DNA of 56,122 nucleotides from Octopus bimaculoides (taxonomy: Eukaryota): contig NC_069003.1 of the NCBI RefSeq assembly GCF_001194135.2, forward strand, positions 27,604,757-27,660,878. Reading direction: 5' to 3'. Within the stretch, counting starts at the first letter, position 1. Each line of letters opens with the position of its first letter. The position numbers and the translations under genes are program-made. Positions 23,703 to 35,985 of this stretch are shown here, piece by piece. The notes beneath the pieces are model-generated. The model was not told where the DNA came from, searched no databases, and was given only the letters and a program-made list of their open reading frames with translations.

Positions 23703-24194
23703 TCGAGTAATATTTGTATTATGTTTATTTTTATATTAAATTATTATTTCATTTAAAAATACAAAATAAATCTATATTAACATATTTCATAAAGAACATT
23801 ATTGGGAGACTTGTCTGCTGCATTTGACTTCATGCATAAAAAAAATTAAATCGAGTCATGAAATGTAGAATAGAAACCAAACTTGATTTTATACAAACCG
23901 TCAATGATATAAAATGACCAACACACCCTAACAATCAGGACCCAATAAAACAGATCAGAGAGATACCTCTCAGTGACAACTATATTTGCCAGAGCATCAG
24001 CGTCTTCCTAAAGTCACGTTCGACATTCTGAGAAAATAAACGACACATTGGATAATGTATTCAAAGGTTTACAAAAAAAGTAGGGAAAAACGCTAAGGCT
24101 ACAGCTGAAATACTTTTCATTATAGAGCTGCCAAATCAGGGTAAACTCTCTATCAAATCGATGTTGCCTGAACCGGTTCACAGGGTACAACGAA

Positions 24195-24320
24195 TCGGGT
24201 GTCGAAGTGATCGTAGAGCGACTTGCAATGAAGTATTTTGTTCAAGAACACAAACCACCACCCGGTCTAGGAATTGAAACCACAATCTCACAATTATGAA
24301 TACAACACTCTAACTACTAA
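24195..24320 (-). mobile_element. SINE family C head
   Basis: gcaatgaagtattttgttcaagaacacaaacc..cccggtctaggaattgaaaccacaatc is the reverse complement of the C head. Confidence 0.75.
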
Positions 24321-24793
24321 GCAAAGATCCTATGGGATTTTATGATTGAATGCGACCATAAGATAGAGAATAGGAAACCAGACACAGTATTAATTGAGAA
24401 AGAAAGCAAACGATGCTGGATCATGCCCAGCTGACAACAAGGTATGCGGTAAGGGAAAAAGAAAAGTCGTTGGATACGACTGGTTAGTTTGGAAGGTTAC
24501 GCAGTTGTGGTCGCTGAAAAAAGTGGTGATAGTACCAATAATTGTCGGAACCCTGAGAACAATGAGTAAAAATCTCGAGAAGTACGTGGAACAAATAGGG
24601 GCTGTGATAAGGGTGGAGCGCTTGCAGAAAACAGCACTGATTGGAACTGCTCGAATACTCCGGATGGTGCTCGAAAAATAAGGGGTGTTACCTTAGTTCA
24701 CTGGTAGTGAACAGCTGGCACCGTAGTACATCTCCAGCGTTAGAAGCTGTGCAAAGACAATAACAATAATAATAATAATAATGATAATAATAA
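24321..24793 (+). pseudogene. R4/Dong-like REL non-LTR 3' end: PD-(D/E)xK endonuclease, stop codon, 3'UTR and (TAA)n tail
   Basis: KILWDFMIECDHKIENRKPDTVLIEKESKRCW / CPADNKV..Y..L..LWSLKKVVIVPIIVGTL..LQKTALIGTARILRMVLEK* (stop at 24679-24681), then about 75 nt of UTR and (AAT)n. Confidence 0.9.
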
Positions 24794-25019
24794 CAATTCA
24801 TTTTGCTGGCACATGCAGAACAACACAAAGGTGAAATGAAAACGGCCAGATGCATTTATTAATAAATTATTTTCGTGTAAATTAGTTCCTAAAGATTATT
24901 AATCTGGGTTTCCGAATAAGAATTGATGTTTTCCTATTGAGAGGAAAAATTTGAAATGTCTCCAATAATTTCTGAATTCATACCAATAATCATACAACAA
25001 CAACAACAATAATAATAAT

Positions 25020-25330
25020 AATCCTTTCTACTGTAGGCACAAGGCCTGAAATTTGGGACAAGGGTTTAAGTCGATTACATCGACCCCAATGCATAACTGC
25101 TATATATTTAATCGACCTCGGAAAGGATGAAGAACAAAGACTACCTCGGCGGAATAATAATAATAATAATAAACCTTTGTACTCTAGGTACAAGGCCTGA
25201 AATTTATGGAGAGGGGCTAGTATCAGTGCTTAGCTGGCACTTAAGTCTTCTCAGAAGGGAAAACCGGAAGTAATGCCGCTAAACATTTTGTCCGGCGTGC
25301 AAACGATTCTGCCAGCTCGCCGCCTTAGTT
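25020..25330 (-). mobile_element. Two SINE family B copies joined at an (ATT)n tail (one 5'-truncated, one internally deleted)
   Basis: Tail aatcctttctactgtaggcacaaggcctgaaattt at about 25020 and again at about 25170. The head ends at about 25328. Confidence 0.85.
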
Positions 25331-25809
25331 ATGATGATGATGATGATGATGCTGTCGACGACGATGATGATGATGCAGATTCGTCTATTGTTTCCTTTAA
25401 AAATAAATCATATTTGACACTAAATTTAACAAAAGAAAAAAAAAAGCATGGAAGCTAATTCCATGTACAGAGATTAAAATAAGTAGGTCTTTATTAATTC
25501 TACTTGATCAAAAACAGATTAATGTCAATTCCAATGACATTCTCTTTGTTGTATCAAAGAATTCTACAATCTTATGCAATTATAAATTAGTAAATTCCAC
25601 CCTGTTTCACCTTGAAAGGGCGTTTGGTATATTGATTCCACCCATTCCCATCCCCACCCCATTCCTTTATTTTCCCTTCTCGATGAATGCGTGGTATCGA
25701 TTAACGGTTTACTAGAAATGATATTCATGTATTCTTGTCGCCTCATTATCTTAAAGTATTTAATTAGGTTTTTATACCTAGTTGACAGGTATGTTTAAAA
25801 ACAGAGCAT

Positions 25810-26290
25810 TGACATAACAGCAGCAGCAGTAGCTGCAGAGACAGTTGTAACAGCAGCTAGGACGACAACAGCGTAGTTAGCAAGAACAGAAGTCGAAATG
25901 GCTATAAAATTAGCAGCGAAAGAACGACTATAAAAACAGTTAGAGACACGTCGACATCTGCAGCGGGAGCAACAACGAAAACAAGAACATCAACAACTGT
26001 AACAACAATAATAATTTAAACAACAACGAAAACAATAAGAACAATAACAATAACGACTACAACAACAGCAGCAGCATTAGAAACAAACAGCAAGAAAGAG
26101 AGCAGAAACCACAACAACAGAACCAGCAGTAGAAGCAACGACGACCATAACAATGGTAGCAGTAGCAACAACCATAAACATCAGCAGCGGTAATATAACA
26201 AGGATAGAAATGACAGTGACAGTAACAAAAATAACAGTGCGAAAAATAGCAGCAGCGTTAACAACAATAAAGCAACAATAACAACAAAAA
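25810..26290. repeat. Degenerate (ACA/GCA) trinucleotide low-complexity tract
   Basis: About 480 bp of aca/gca/aga/ata triplet variants. Confidence 0.9.
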
Positions 26291-26336
26291 CAACGGAAGC
26301 GAGTGCATGTTTATATATATGTATACTCTTTTTTTT

Positions 26337-26628
26337 TTACTCTTTTATTTGTTTCAGTCATTTGACTGCGGCCATGCTGGAGCACCGCCTTTAGTCGAGC
26401 AAATCGACCCCGGGACTTATTCTTTGTAAGCCTAGGACTTATTCTATCGGTCTCTTTTGCCGAACCGCTAAGTTACGGGGACATGAACACACCAGCACCG
26501 GTTGTCAAGCAATGCTAGGAGGACAAACANNNNNNNNNNNNNNNNNNNNNNNNNNNNNNNNNNNNNNNNNNNNNNNNNNNNNNNNNNNNNNNNNNNNNNN
26601 NNNNNNNNNNNNNNNNNNNNNNNNNNNN

Positions 26629-26667
<39 letters not shown>

Positions 26668-26832
26668 CGACGGGCTTCTTTCAGTTTCCGTCTACCAAAT
26701 CCACTCACAAGGCTTTGGTCGGCCCGAGGCTATAGTAGAAGGCATTTGCCCAAGATGCCACGCATTGGAACTGAACCCGGAACCATGTGGTTGGTAAGCA
26801 AGCTACTTACCACACAGCCACTTCTGCGCCTG
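26337..26832 (-). mobile_element. SINE family A, full length and close to the consensus (gap in the internal microsatellite)
   Basis: Both halves are present and nearly identical to 42921-43350. Confidence 0.95.
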
Positions 26833-26924
26833 TATGTGTGTCTATGTATACATATGTGAGTATCATGTCTGGATATATATGTGTGTAAATATTATTGTAT
26901 TATATTGATTTCAATTTTTATTAC

Positions 26925-27070
26925 ACCGAGGTGGACTTCACCTTTCATCCTTTTAGTGTCGATAAAATAAGTACCAGTGAAACACTGGGGTCGACGTTAT
27001 TGACGATATCCCATCCCCAAATGCTGAGAAGAATTTTTCCGGCGCGCTAACGATTCTGCCAGCTCGCTGC
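26925..27070. mobile_element. SINE family B with an internal inversion (core on plus, head on minus)
   Basis: Plus-strand core ccgaggtggacttcacctttcatcc..ccccaaat at 26925-27020, then reverse-complement head cggcgcgctaacgattctgccagctcgctgc at 27038-27070. Confidence 0.7.
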
Positions 27071-27329
27071 TTTTGTATTGTATTATATTATAATGTGTGT
27101 CTATATATATACTAATATCTTGCATGCTCACTTAAAGAAACATTAGATTTAAATAGCAATGTATGTATCACACTAAAAGTATACATAATATCAATAGTCA
27201 AGTCACTATAGTATTTCTACTAAGATAACACCAATTCCGGACGTACTGTGTTAAAAACACAGAAAAAGACGACATTTCGTCCCAGGAGAGACTGAATACT
27301 TTATTATTTACAATGACGTACCTTGGTAT

Positions 27330-27535
27330 GCCTGGTCAACAATAAATATGAGAAGTAACAGCTAAATCTACCTCAAATCACACTGTATTGCTAAAGCGAA
27401 GGAAGTACGCAGTGAATTACGTAGTCTAGGATGCGTTGAAACTGGGAGAAATTTTCATAGATCAGATTGTTCGATCATGACTTTGATTAATCTGTGCTAA
27501 ATGAGGATTAACCAACTACAACAACAACTCTGTAG
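27330..27535 (+). mobile_element. Repeat family D, sense copy with an (AAC)n tail
   Basis: ..cagctaaatctacctcaaatcacac.. ending in aaccaactacaacaacaac. Related copies lie at about 8310-8470, 12880-13050, 14605-14790 and 38205-38365. Confidence 0.65.
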
Positions 27536-28071
27536 CTAGGTGTTCTGAAACATTCAAGATTAAGTGTAATTTCCTGGTTGACGGCAAGTCTCCAACTTAA
27601 GCATCCAATGTCCATGAAAAAGAAAAAGAAAAGAAAAACGAAAACTACTCACTTCTTACTCCTTCCTCCTCAGTTGACATATAAAGACTTTGTGCCAAGT
27701 CAACAAATAACTAACATTTATCGTACATGATAACACTCCATTTCTTCTCCAATATCGTTTATAACACTAGTTATTAAAAAGCCATTGATTCATGACCAAA
27801 AATACAATCCTTTTGTTCCGCTGCAACTAGTGTGGTATATTAGACTTTACTTCAGACATACCGTGAAATGTATCTCATTTCATCATTGCCAGTAAAATTA
27901 AGATACTGTAGAAGGGAGAGTGTTATAGAATAGTTTTTGGAAACAAATCTTTCTATTTTAAGTAATGGATATCTCCCAAAAACCAGCAACTTAAAACACA
28001 AGCATAACAAGAAAGACATCTGCAGATATTAACGTTGAAACAACTATGTAGATCAGAATATAGTGAATATA

Positions 28072-28124
<53 letters not shown>

Positions 28125-29624
28125 CACATACACGGACTGTTACATAGTTATTTAATATGGTTAGTAGCTTAACTTTGAGATGCCAAGCTTGAGTGGATTT
28201 CGATGCTGGTGTAAGAAAGTATTAATGATTTTAGGCAAGTGTCCCACTATAATATTGGAAACCAGCCCTCTCACGAAATTGGCATAGTATTTGGTACTTG
28301 AAAAGTTAATGATTGCAAATAGCTGGAATATACTATAAATAAAACCGTATCAATCGTAAAATAACAACTAAGAATAACATGTGAAAAAGCAGCAAAAAAA
28401 AATAAACGTATATTTCTTTTAGTTTCAGTACATAATTATAAATTTCGTCAGGAAAATTTGGCAGGTCATCCATCGTTCTTTTAAATATTCAGAGAACAGT
28501 GTGTGGAGAAGAAAATTGTATTGTCTGTTATAAAACTTTTTTTTCTCTTCTGCAATATAAATATTTTTTTTTTATAAAAAAAAAAGATGGTGTTTGTAAA
28601 TTTGTTTGGAGTTTGTAAACATGGGAAAACGTTGCTTCTAGATTAATCAAACTTATTTATGGCAATTTAAATTGAAGCGTGTAGAGACAGGTTACTGACG
28701 AGCAGTGTGAAGCAGTAGTTGTTTTATGTGCAACAGAATGTGATCCGGTTTCGATATTTATTCTACGTGTAAACTTTTGCAATTCATTTGCGGTGATAAT
28801 CGTTAATCGAAATCAGAATCATAAAGACCGTTCCAGAAGATCAAGAAGACTCTTTTAGAGAACAGTAAGACCAGAATCATCTCTAAAGAAACATTATAAT
28901 AGGTTGGATGAAATATTTAGTTGATAGCGTATAATGTTTAAGTTTCACGCGATATTTTATGTAATAATCAATATAATTCAGCAGAAATAATACATACTGA
29001 GTAAAACAAAAGAAATTTCGATGGTTGATTTAGATAAACAGACGCATAAACATATTTGTAAATAGCTGGTGGAAAGAAATATAAAGAAAGAGAGAAAGAA
29101 GTCAGATATTTTATTCGTTAATGATATTTAATTAATTTCAATAACAACGAATTTAACTGACTTCATTATTCATATAAAGGAAGAAAAGGACGAAGCAAAG
29201 CACTGACTTGTTTAGTAGAAAAATAAAAAGGACAAAAAAAAAAGCAAGTACTAAAAAGATATAAATATGAATAAATAAGATGCAAGTGATACGAAAAATA
29301 TGATTATTATTTTAATATCTATAAAATTCTACTCATTTATAATTAGATATATTAACTATATCTGTTCACATTGATGTCAGACTTTTTTGAAACAAGGATT
29401 TATCATCGTCTAAGTGATGATGAACGAAGATATAAATTTACTGGATTGATTAAATTTATCAGAACTCGTTTAGATATAAACAAACAGGAAATGGGAAATA
29501 TTTGAGAAAATGAAGTTAAATTTAAATTTAAATTTGCGTAAGGACAATCGATATTGGTTTGTTGTGCCGAGGGTTTATACCAAAGTTTGATACCGATCAA
29601 ATAAAATTATATATGACTACTCTG

Positions 29625-29675
<51 letters not shown>

Positions 29676-29726
29676 CTTTCACTTTCACCCTCCCTCTATA
29701 TCTCTTTCTGTATACATACATACATA

Positions 29727-29849
29727 CAAGAGAAAGGGGACATTTATGGACCATTGATAAGGAGTTTACAAATCCAGTACCCAAGATACACTTTCACAAT
29801 ATCTGGGACTATTAAAATATGCAAGACCTACTTAAGATTTAAAGGATGA
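29727..29849 (+). pseudogene. REL non-LTR retrotransposon C-terminus, second lineage, internally deleted
   Basis: QEKGDIYGPLIRSLQIQYPRYTF | TISGTIKICKTYLRFKG*. The missing middle segment is present in 46302-46478. Confidence 0.6.
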
Positions 29850-30199
29850 CGGTTAAAACAAGATACTTTCCTTCACAACCTTGCTACCAAGTACGGGCCG
29901 GTCAAAATTTACTCTAAATTAAAAAGAGAAAGAGAAGAATATACATACATACATACATACATACATACATTCTGATAGTTAACTAAAGGTAACGAGGTAT
30001 TGTAAGTTTCTCATATATCGACATCGCGAACGGTAGGGAAACGTCGAACATCAATCGCTGACTGAGAAGAAATCAGATTAGTATAGTTGTATAACGAAGG
30101 AAGATGCATCTTAATAAATAGAGTGAACTTCTGATATAAACTTTAGAGAGAAAATCTAAGAGAGAGAGAAGTGGGGTCAGAAAAAGTGAGAATATGTTT

Positions 30200-30505
30200 T
30201 GTTATCTTTAAAAAGAATGTTTCTTTTCCATTCACTTTGATGAATGTAGCTTTGGCCAAGAGGAATTAATGTCATCGAACGGTATCCAACGACCATCGGG
30301 TGTTTCGACTGTAACACCCTCCCGTTGGTTGCCCAAGTTACTGTTCATCATCTCCTCCTGGCTCCCAGCTTAATTCCCCTGCCTTGTTACATAATCAGCC
30401 AGAATCTCTTTCTAGTCACTCGAGTCATTCGACTAAAAATTCTTCAAGGTGGTGCTCCAGCACGGCCGCGGTCTAATGACAGAAACTCTTAAAAGATAAA
30501 AGAAA
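30200..30505 (+). mobile_element. Retroposon 3' end sharing the family A tail but with a different upstream sequence
   Basis: It ends in cgactaaaaattcttcaaggtggtgctccagcacggccgcggtctaatgacagaaac..aaaagataaaag. The upstream 200 bp does not match family A. Confidence 0.6.
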
Positions 30506-32487
30506 AACATAAACGGCTACCCGACCTCTCAGTTTCCTGTTATCTTTTGGGTATTTAAACTAGTCATAAATTTCCTTACATTTAATTTACCACCCTTATT
30601 TCAAAATAAGTAGGACTATAAGCCAGGTTGTGTCCTGACTATACCACCGAACAAATAGCAGCTCAGCAACAAATGATTTCCCAGTCAAACAAGCGACGTG
30701 TTATCCGCTCGGGCATTACAAGACTGTGCCTCCCCACTGGTTTAATAATATTTGCTGTAGAATTTACATATGAATTTATAGCTTTTGTATTTATTCTGAA
30801 GTAATTCTCTTCCAATTATTACCGAATATTTTAAGAATGTTTCTTGAGAGGTTCTTAAAGACTACCTACTTAAATAACTCCTTTCAAGAATTCTTTGGAA
30901 AGATCAAAGAACCCGTGGGCGAAGTAATATTCTCTTATCAGTAAATTTATTGCCAGCTGAAAGTCTTTCGTTATTTCCTCTTCCATATCAAACAGTTCAA
31001 TAGTGAAAGACAATAACAATCGTTTATGTAAAGATGAGATATGTCTAAAAACATCACTAAACTCTTTCAAACTGTTCATTCATACGTTTGGACTTGAAAC
31101 AGTAAAATTCAACTGCAAAATTCTAAGACACGAAATAACTCTCAGAGATTTCTGCCAACTTTGGCACATACATACACATGAACACATGCACTCACACATA
31201 CATATACACTCGTATACACTCGTAATTAGTTACAGAAACACGCTTATACGCACATATATTCCGATTGATGTACAATCGTATTCTCTCCGTCTATCTATCT
31301 ATCTATCTATGTATTTATCTATCTATCTATCTATCTATCTATCTGTCTGTCTCTCTATATATGCGTGTGCATATCTCTCTCTCTCTCTCTCTCTCTCTCA
31401 CTCACACACACACATATGCACATCTAATTTTGCATCATTTTATTTTTATACTATTCTTCTACACACTTACTTTCATCCGTCTAACCACCCATCCATCTAA
31501 TTGCCCAGTCATCCAGCGAACCATCTAACCACACATCAATACACACATAGATCCGTACGTATGTACGCACTTTGAAACATTCATACGTGCTAACACATAT
31601 ATATATACATGAGAGGAAGAACAAAATATCGAGAGTTACAAAGGTGAGCTTCACTGCAGGTATGTACATCTCTTTCAAAATCTTTGAGAAGAGAATATTT
31701 ATGGACGGCTGTTTCAAAACTACTACCCGGATAATAAATTCTCATTTATCCCCATGGTTTATAGCTGGTTTTACTATGTAAGAAGCAATAGTTTATAAAG
31801 TCGGAGGTTTTCAAACCAAACCGGCAACAAACTGACATGCGTATGTAAATACAATCTGTAAGCGGAAAGTTATAAGTATGCAAGACTTTTCTAAAATCCA
31901 GAACGTGATTATCTTCATTGTTGATATCTAAACTTCAGTAAAGGAATGCTACCTCTTTACTAGAAAATAGATCGTTCTGAATAGGAAAAATTTAAATGAT
32001 TACAAGAATGAAAATGATGTATCTACACATGCACAAAGTGTATATGTGCGAGTGTGTGTATGTGTGTGCGTGAGAGAGAGAGAGAGACCGCGTGCACGCG
32101 TATGTGCATGTATAAAAGTATGCTTCTTTGAGCAGCACAATGTAAGAGAAATATTTTCAGTGTCCAGAAACATGCATTTGGATAGCAAAAACAAATACAA
32201 CCTTGATTTAGTAAAATTATCCTCGTTTCCAGCGAAACGTCTCTATCAATGAAACGTAGTTATTGTATGTGTGTATTTGAAACCTCAGAAGCTGCAATTT
32301 TTGTTAATCTAAAATACCTTTATAGATGCAGTAAGTTAACAAAAAAAAAAAGAACAAAGAAAACAAAAAGGCCCCCCCCCACCAAAAAAAAACATACGTC
32401 TCTAAAGGGGTTTTTCTTGGACGAAAATCGCAGCTTATGTTTTACTGATAGAGTATACATGCATTTATGTATGTGTGTGTATGTGTG

Positions 32488-32524
<37 letters not shown>

Positions 32525-32802
32525 NNNNNNNNNNNNNNNNNNNNNNNNNNNNNNNNNNNNNNNNNNNNNNNNNNNNNNNNNNNNNNNNNNNNNNNNNNNN
32601 NNNNNNNNNNNNNNNNNNNNNNNNNNNNNNNNNNNNNNNNNNNNNNNNNNNNNNNNNNNNNNNNNNNNNNNNNNNNNNNNNNNNNNNNNNNNNNNNNNNN
32701 NNNNNNNNNNNNNNNNNNNNNNNNNNNNNNNNNNNNNNNNNNNNNNNNNNNNNNNNNNNNNNNNNNNNNNNNNNNNNNNNNNNNNNNNNNNNNNNNNNNN
32801 NN

Positions 32803-33095
32803 AATAAATATATAAAATATATGCGTTATATATTTGTATCTTTATCTATAAATATATGCGTTATATATTTATATCTTTATCTATAAATATATGCGTTATA
32901 TATTTATATCTTTATCTATAAATATATCCATTATATATTTATATCTTTCTCTATCTATAGATATATAATATATCCATTATATATTTATATCTTTATCTAT
33001 CTGTAAATATATAATATATGCATTATATATTTATATCTTTATCTATCTATAAATATATAATATATGCATTATATATTTATATCTCTATCTATCTA
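32803..33095. repeat. AT-rich minisatellite, unit about 35-44 bp, about 7 copies
   Basis: ataaatatat(gcg/cca/gca)ttatatatttatatctttatct repeated in tandem, with stepwise unit lengthening. Confidence 0.95.
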
Positions 33096-33455
33096 TCTAT
33101 CGATCTAACTTTTTGTATGATTCATTTCTAGGTTTCTTACCAACAGAGAAACGTCAATAGGATCATAGTGCGCGTATGTATGTAGTTGTGCTGGAATTTG
33201 TAGTCAGTGTACGTGTTGATATGTATGTTTTGTTTTATGTATGTATACTCATTCATATATGCGCATGTCTAGACATGCTTGCATATGTACTTCTAAGCTA
33301 AACTTTTGGAAAGTTTTGCATATTTTATATATGCATGGTATGTACGTATGTATGCGTGCATGAATCTTTCTCCATCTCCGCCTGTCTGTCTCTGTTTCTC
33401 TCTCTCTCTATATATATGTGTGTGTGTGTGTGTGTGTCTGTATTTGTATGTGTAA

Positions 33456-33540
<85 letters not shown>

Positions 33541-34499
33541 TACTTTTACACATACATATACAGACACACACACACATATACATATATATATATGCGAAAT
33601 TCTTCAGCGAAGATAAAGGAACTACTTTTGCAAACGTAAATGGGTTTTAAATCGCTACACCCACTCAGTTTCTGTGCATTGAGCACTATACATTAAACTG
33701 CGGCTTTTCCTTGATTTCTTTTTTTAACGTAACCATCAAACAAAATGCCAACCGCAAGCACATACATGCATATACACACGCACGCGTATGTATATATGTA
33801 TTTATATCTACATCTATCTATATATATATGTGTGTGTATACATTTATTTATATACTTACAAACACACTCATATATATATATACATACACATATGCATATA
33901 TGTATTTATATATATGCATGTACACATACACACTTATTCAAAACCACCTGCGTAGAGGTTTTAGAGGTATTAAGCTATATAGATATTAAACAGCTATCTA
34001 TTCTTCTTTTGTTGGTTTGTTTGCTACTCAACCTTCGGTTTAAGTAGGAACTTTTGTCTTTTTGAAGATTTTTGTTCGCTTAGTTTGCATATTTTACTTA
34101 CATAAACCTACTTACCTACAACCTTAAGACATATTTTCTGATTTTAGCTTTTCCTTCTTTTTTTTTTTTTTGCTGGAATATTTATATGGTTGCTTGATGA
34201 ATTATTTTATGGCATATTAACGATCTATATATATTATCAGGCGAAAAAAGCAAACAAACACAACAAAGCCGCAATAAAACATCTCCATTAATATCAAAGT
34301 CCATTGAACAAACCAGAGTGGTATGTGATTGTTTAGCTTTTTTTTCCTTGAAGAATATGGTTTTTATGAAATACTTTTATCTCTTCATTGATGCCTTCTA
34401 TATTTGAAAAAAAAAACCTTTTTTATTTGTACTTTGTTCTCCCATTATTCAACTGTCGGCTGAAACTTGAAGATTTTGCTACTATGTCTAGCAAGTCGA

Positions 34500-34635
34500 T
34501 TTGGAGTTGTAGTAGCAGCAGTAGCAGCAGCAGTAGCAGTAGTAGTAGCAGTAGTAGTAGTAGCGGCAGCAGCAGTAGCAGCAGTAGTAGTAGTAGTCGT
34601 AGTAGTAGTAGTCGTCGTCGTAGTAGTAGTAAGTG
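34500..34635. repeat. (AGT/AGC/CGT) compound microsatellite
   Basis: Directly visible. It is the source of the poly-S, poly-L and poly-V ORFs. Confidence 0.95.
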
Positions 34636-34805
34636 AAGGAAGAAGAGGAACGTCCGAAGCTGCGACTTTTGTACGGGCATGAACTCGTTGTGTTAGCACA
34701 AATGGAAAACATGACTTTAAAGTGGGATTTTCCTGGACGAAAAGATCGTATCTTGTGATGTTTCAACTACACACATACATTAAGTAGGTTATATTTAAAG
34801 GATAT

Positions 34806-34865
<60 letters not shown>

Positions 34866-34867
34866 CT

Positions 34868-35170
34868 ATATTGGTGTGTTTAGAAGTTTGTTTCCCAACC
34901 ACATTGATCCGAGTTCCATCCCCATTGTGCGTGGCACCTCACGAAAGTGTCCTCTGATATAGCCTCGTGGCGACCAAAAAGCTTGTGAGTGGATTTGGTT
35001 GACGGAAACTAAGAGAAGCCCGTTGTATATTTATGTGTGCGTGTGTGTGTCTTTGTGTCTGTGTTTGTCCCTACCACCATCGCCGCCGCCGCCGCCGCTT
35101 GACAACCGGTGTTGGTGTGTTTACGTCCAGGTAACCGAGTAGTTCGGCCAAAAGAGACCGAATGAATAAG
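34868..35170 (+). mobile_element. SINE family A, degenerate
   Basis: Head, gtggcacctcacgaaagtgtc, gagtggatttggttgacggaaact, and tail up to aaagagaccgaatgaataagt. Confidence 0.85.
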
Positions 35171-35464
35171 TGCACGTGTATGTATGTATGTATGTATGTA
35201 TGTATATGTGTCTGCGCGATCTTGTGATTGCGTCCGTGTTTTGCACGTGTTTCTTTGTGTATATGTAGTACATCTGTCGGAATATGCGTGCGTGCATACA
35301 TGTGTGTATGTGATCGCGTATGTGATGCAGATGGGTGTTCCTAGTTTAAATTAACCTCATTAGTGTGAAAGAAAACCTTTTAATGATGAAAATTAATTAG
35401 AAAAACAAAATCTCATAACAATGTCAGGGATGAGAATATATCTGAGAGACGAGGAAATAGGGTA

Positions 35465-35469
35465 GAGGA

Positions 35470-35507
<38 letters not shown>

Positions 35508-35670
35508 TGGTAGTAGTAGTAGTGGTGGTGGTGGTGGCAGTGACATTGGTTGTGGTGGTGGTGTGATGGTGGAGATGGTGGTAGTTGTGGTATTAGTAGT
35601 GTTGGTGGTGGTGGTGGTGTGGGTAGTAGTAGTAGTAGTAGTAGTTTTGGGATACTGGTGGTGGTGATAG
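35465..35670. repeat. (GCA)(GTA)(GTG) compound microsatellite
   Basis: Directly visible. Confidence 0.95.
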
Positions 35671-35849
35671 TGTTGTCGTGAGAATGCGTGAAGGACATCC
35701 TATTTAAATTTTATCACCGACAATCAGTATAGAAAATAATATTTGCCACATTGTGTACCAAACAACTGAATCGATGGAATGACGCCCTTCTGACATTTTG
35801 CATCGCGTCATCAACCATTTGACGTGGGAGTCAATATGAAAGAAAAAAA

Positions 35850-35985
35850 AGGGTTCCAGTTGATCTGATCAACGGAACATCTTGCTCAAGAAATTAAGGT
35901 GCAAGTTGCTGAGCACTCCACAGACACTCGTACCCTTTAAGTAGTTCTCGGGGAGGTTCAGGGTGATACGGAATGTGACAAGGCT
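35850..35985 (-). mobile_element. SINE tail module C fragment
   Basis: gggttccagttgatctgatcaacggaaca..gtgcaagttgctgagcactccacagacac matches 49725-49860. Confidence 0.85.

Noticed and set aside
11264-24793. Idea that 11264-11753 and 24321-24793 are two halves of one element split by a 12.6 kb insertion
   Set aside because: Both contain the K.LW junction motif but with different nucleotides (gtgaaactcacatgg vs gcaaagatcctatgg), and the second is much less decayed. Independent copies are more likely.
11025-25330. Idea that SINE B is mobilised by the Dong-like element
   Set aside because: The sense-strand tails differ ((ATT)n for SINE B, (AAT)n for the Dong-like element), and I see no shared 3' sequence.
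31605-31675. Two strong plus-strand donors (AAG|GTGAGC, CAG|GTATGT) after ATGAGAGGA..
   Set aside because: They directly follow a (TA)n tract, with no acceptor or promoter evidence and no recognisable peptide.
13074-35698. Poly-Ser, poly-Leu, poly-Val, poly-His and poly-Tyr ORFs (13074-13476, 34388-34766, 35393-35698, also 47671-47859)
   Set aside because: They are trinucleotide microsatellites that are open in several frames on both strands, with no splice or domain support.
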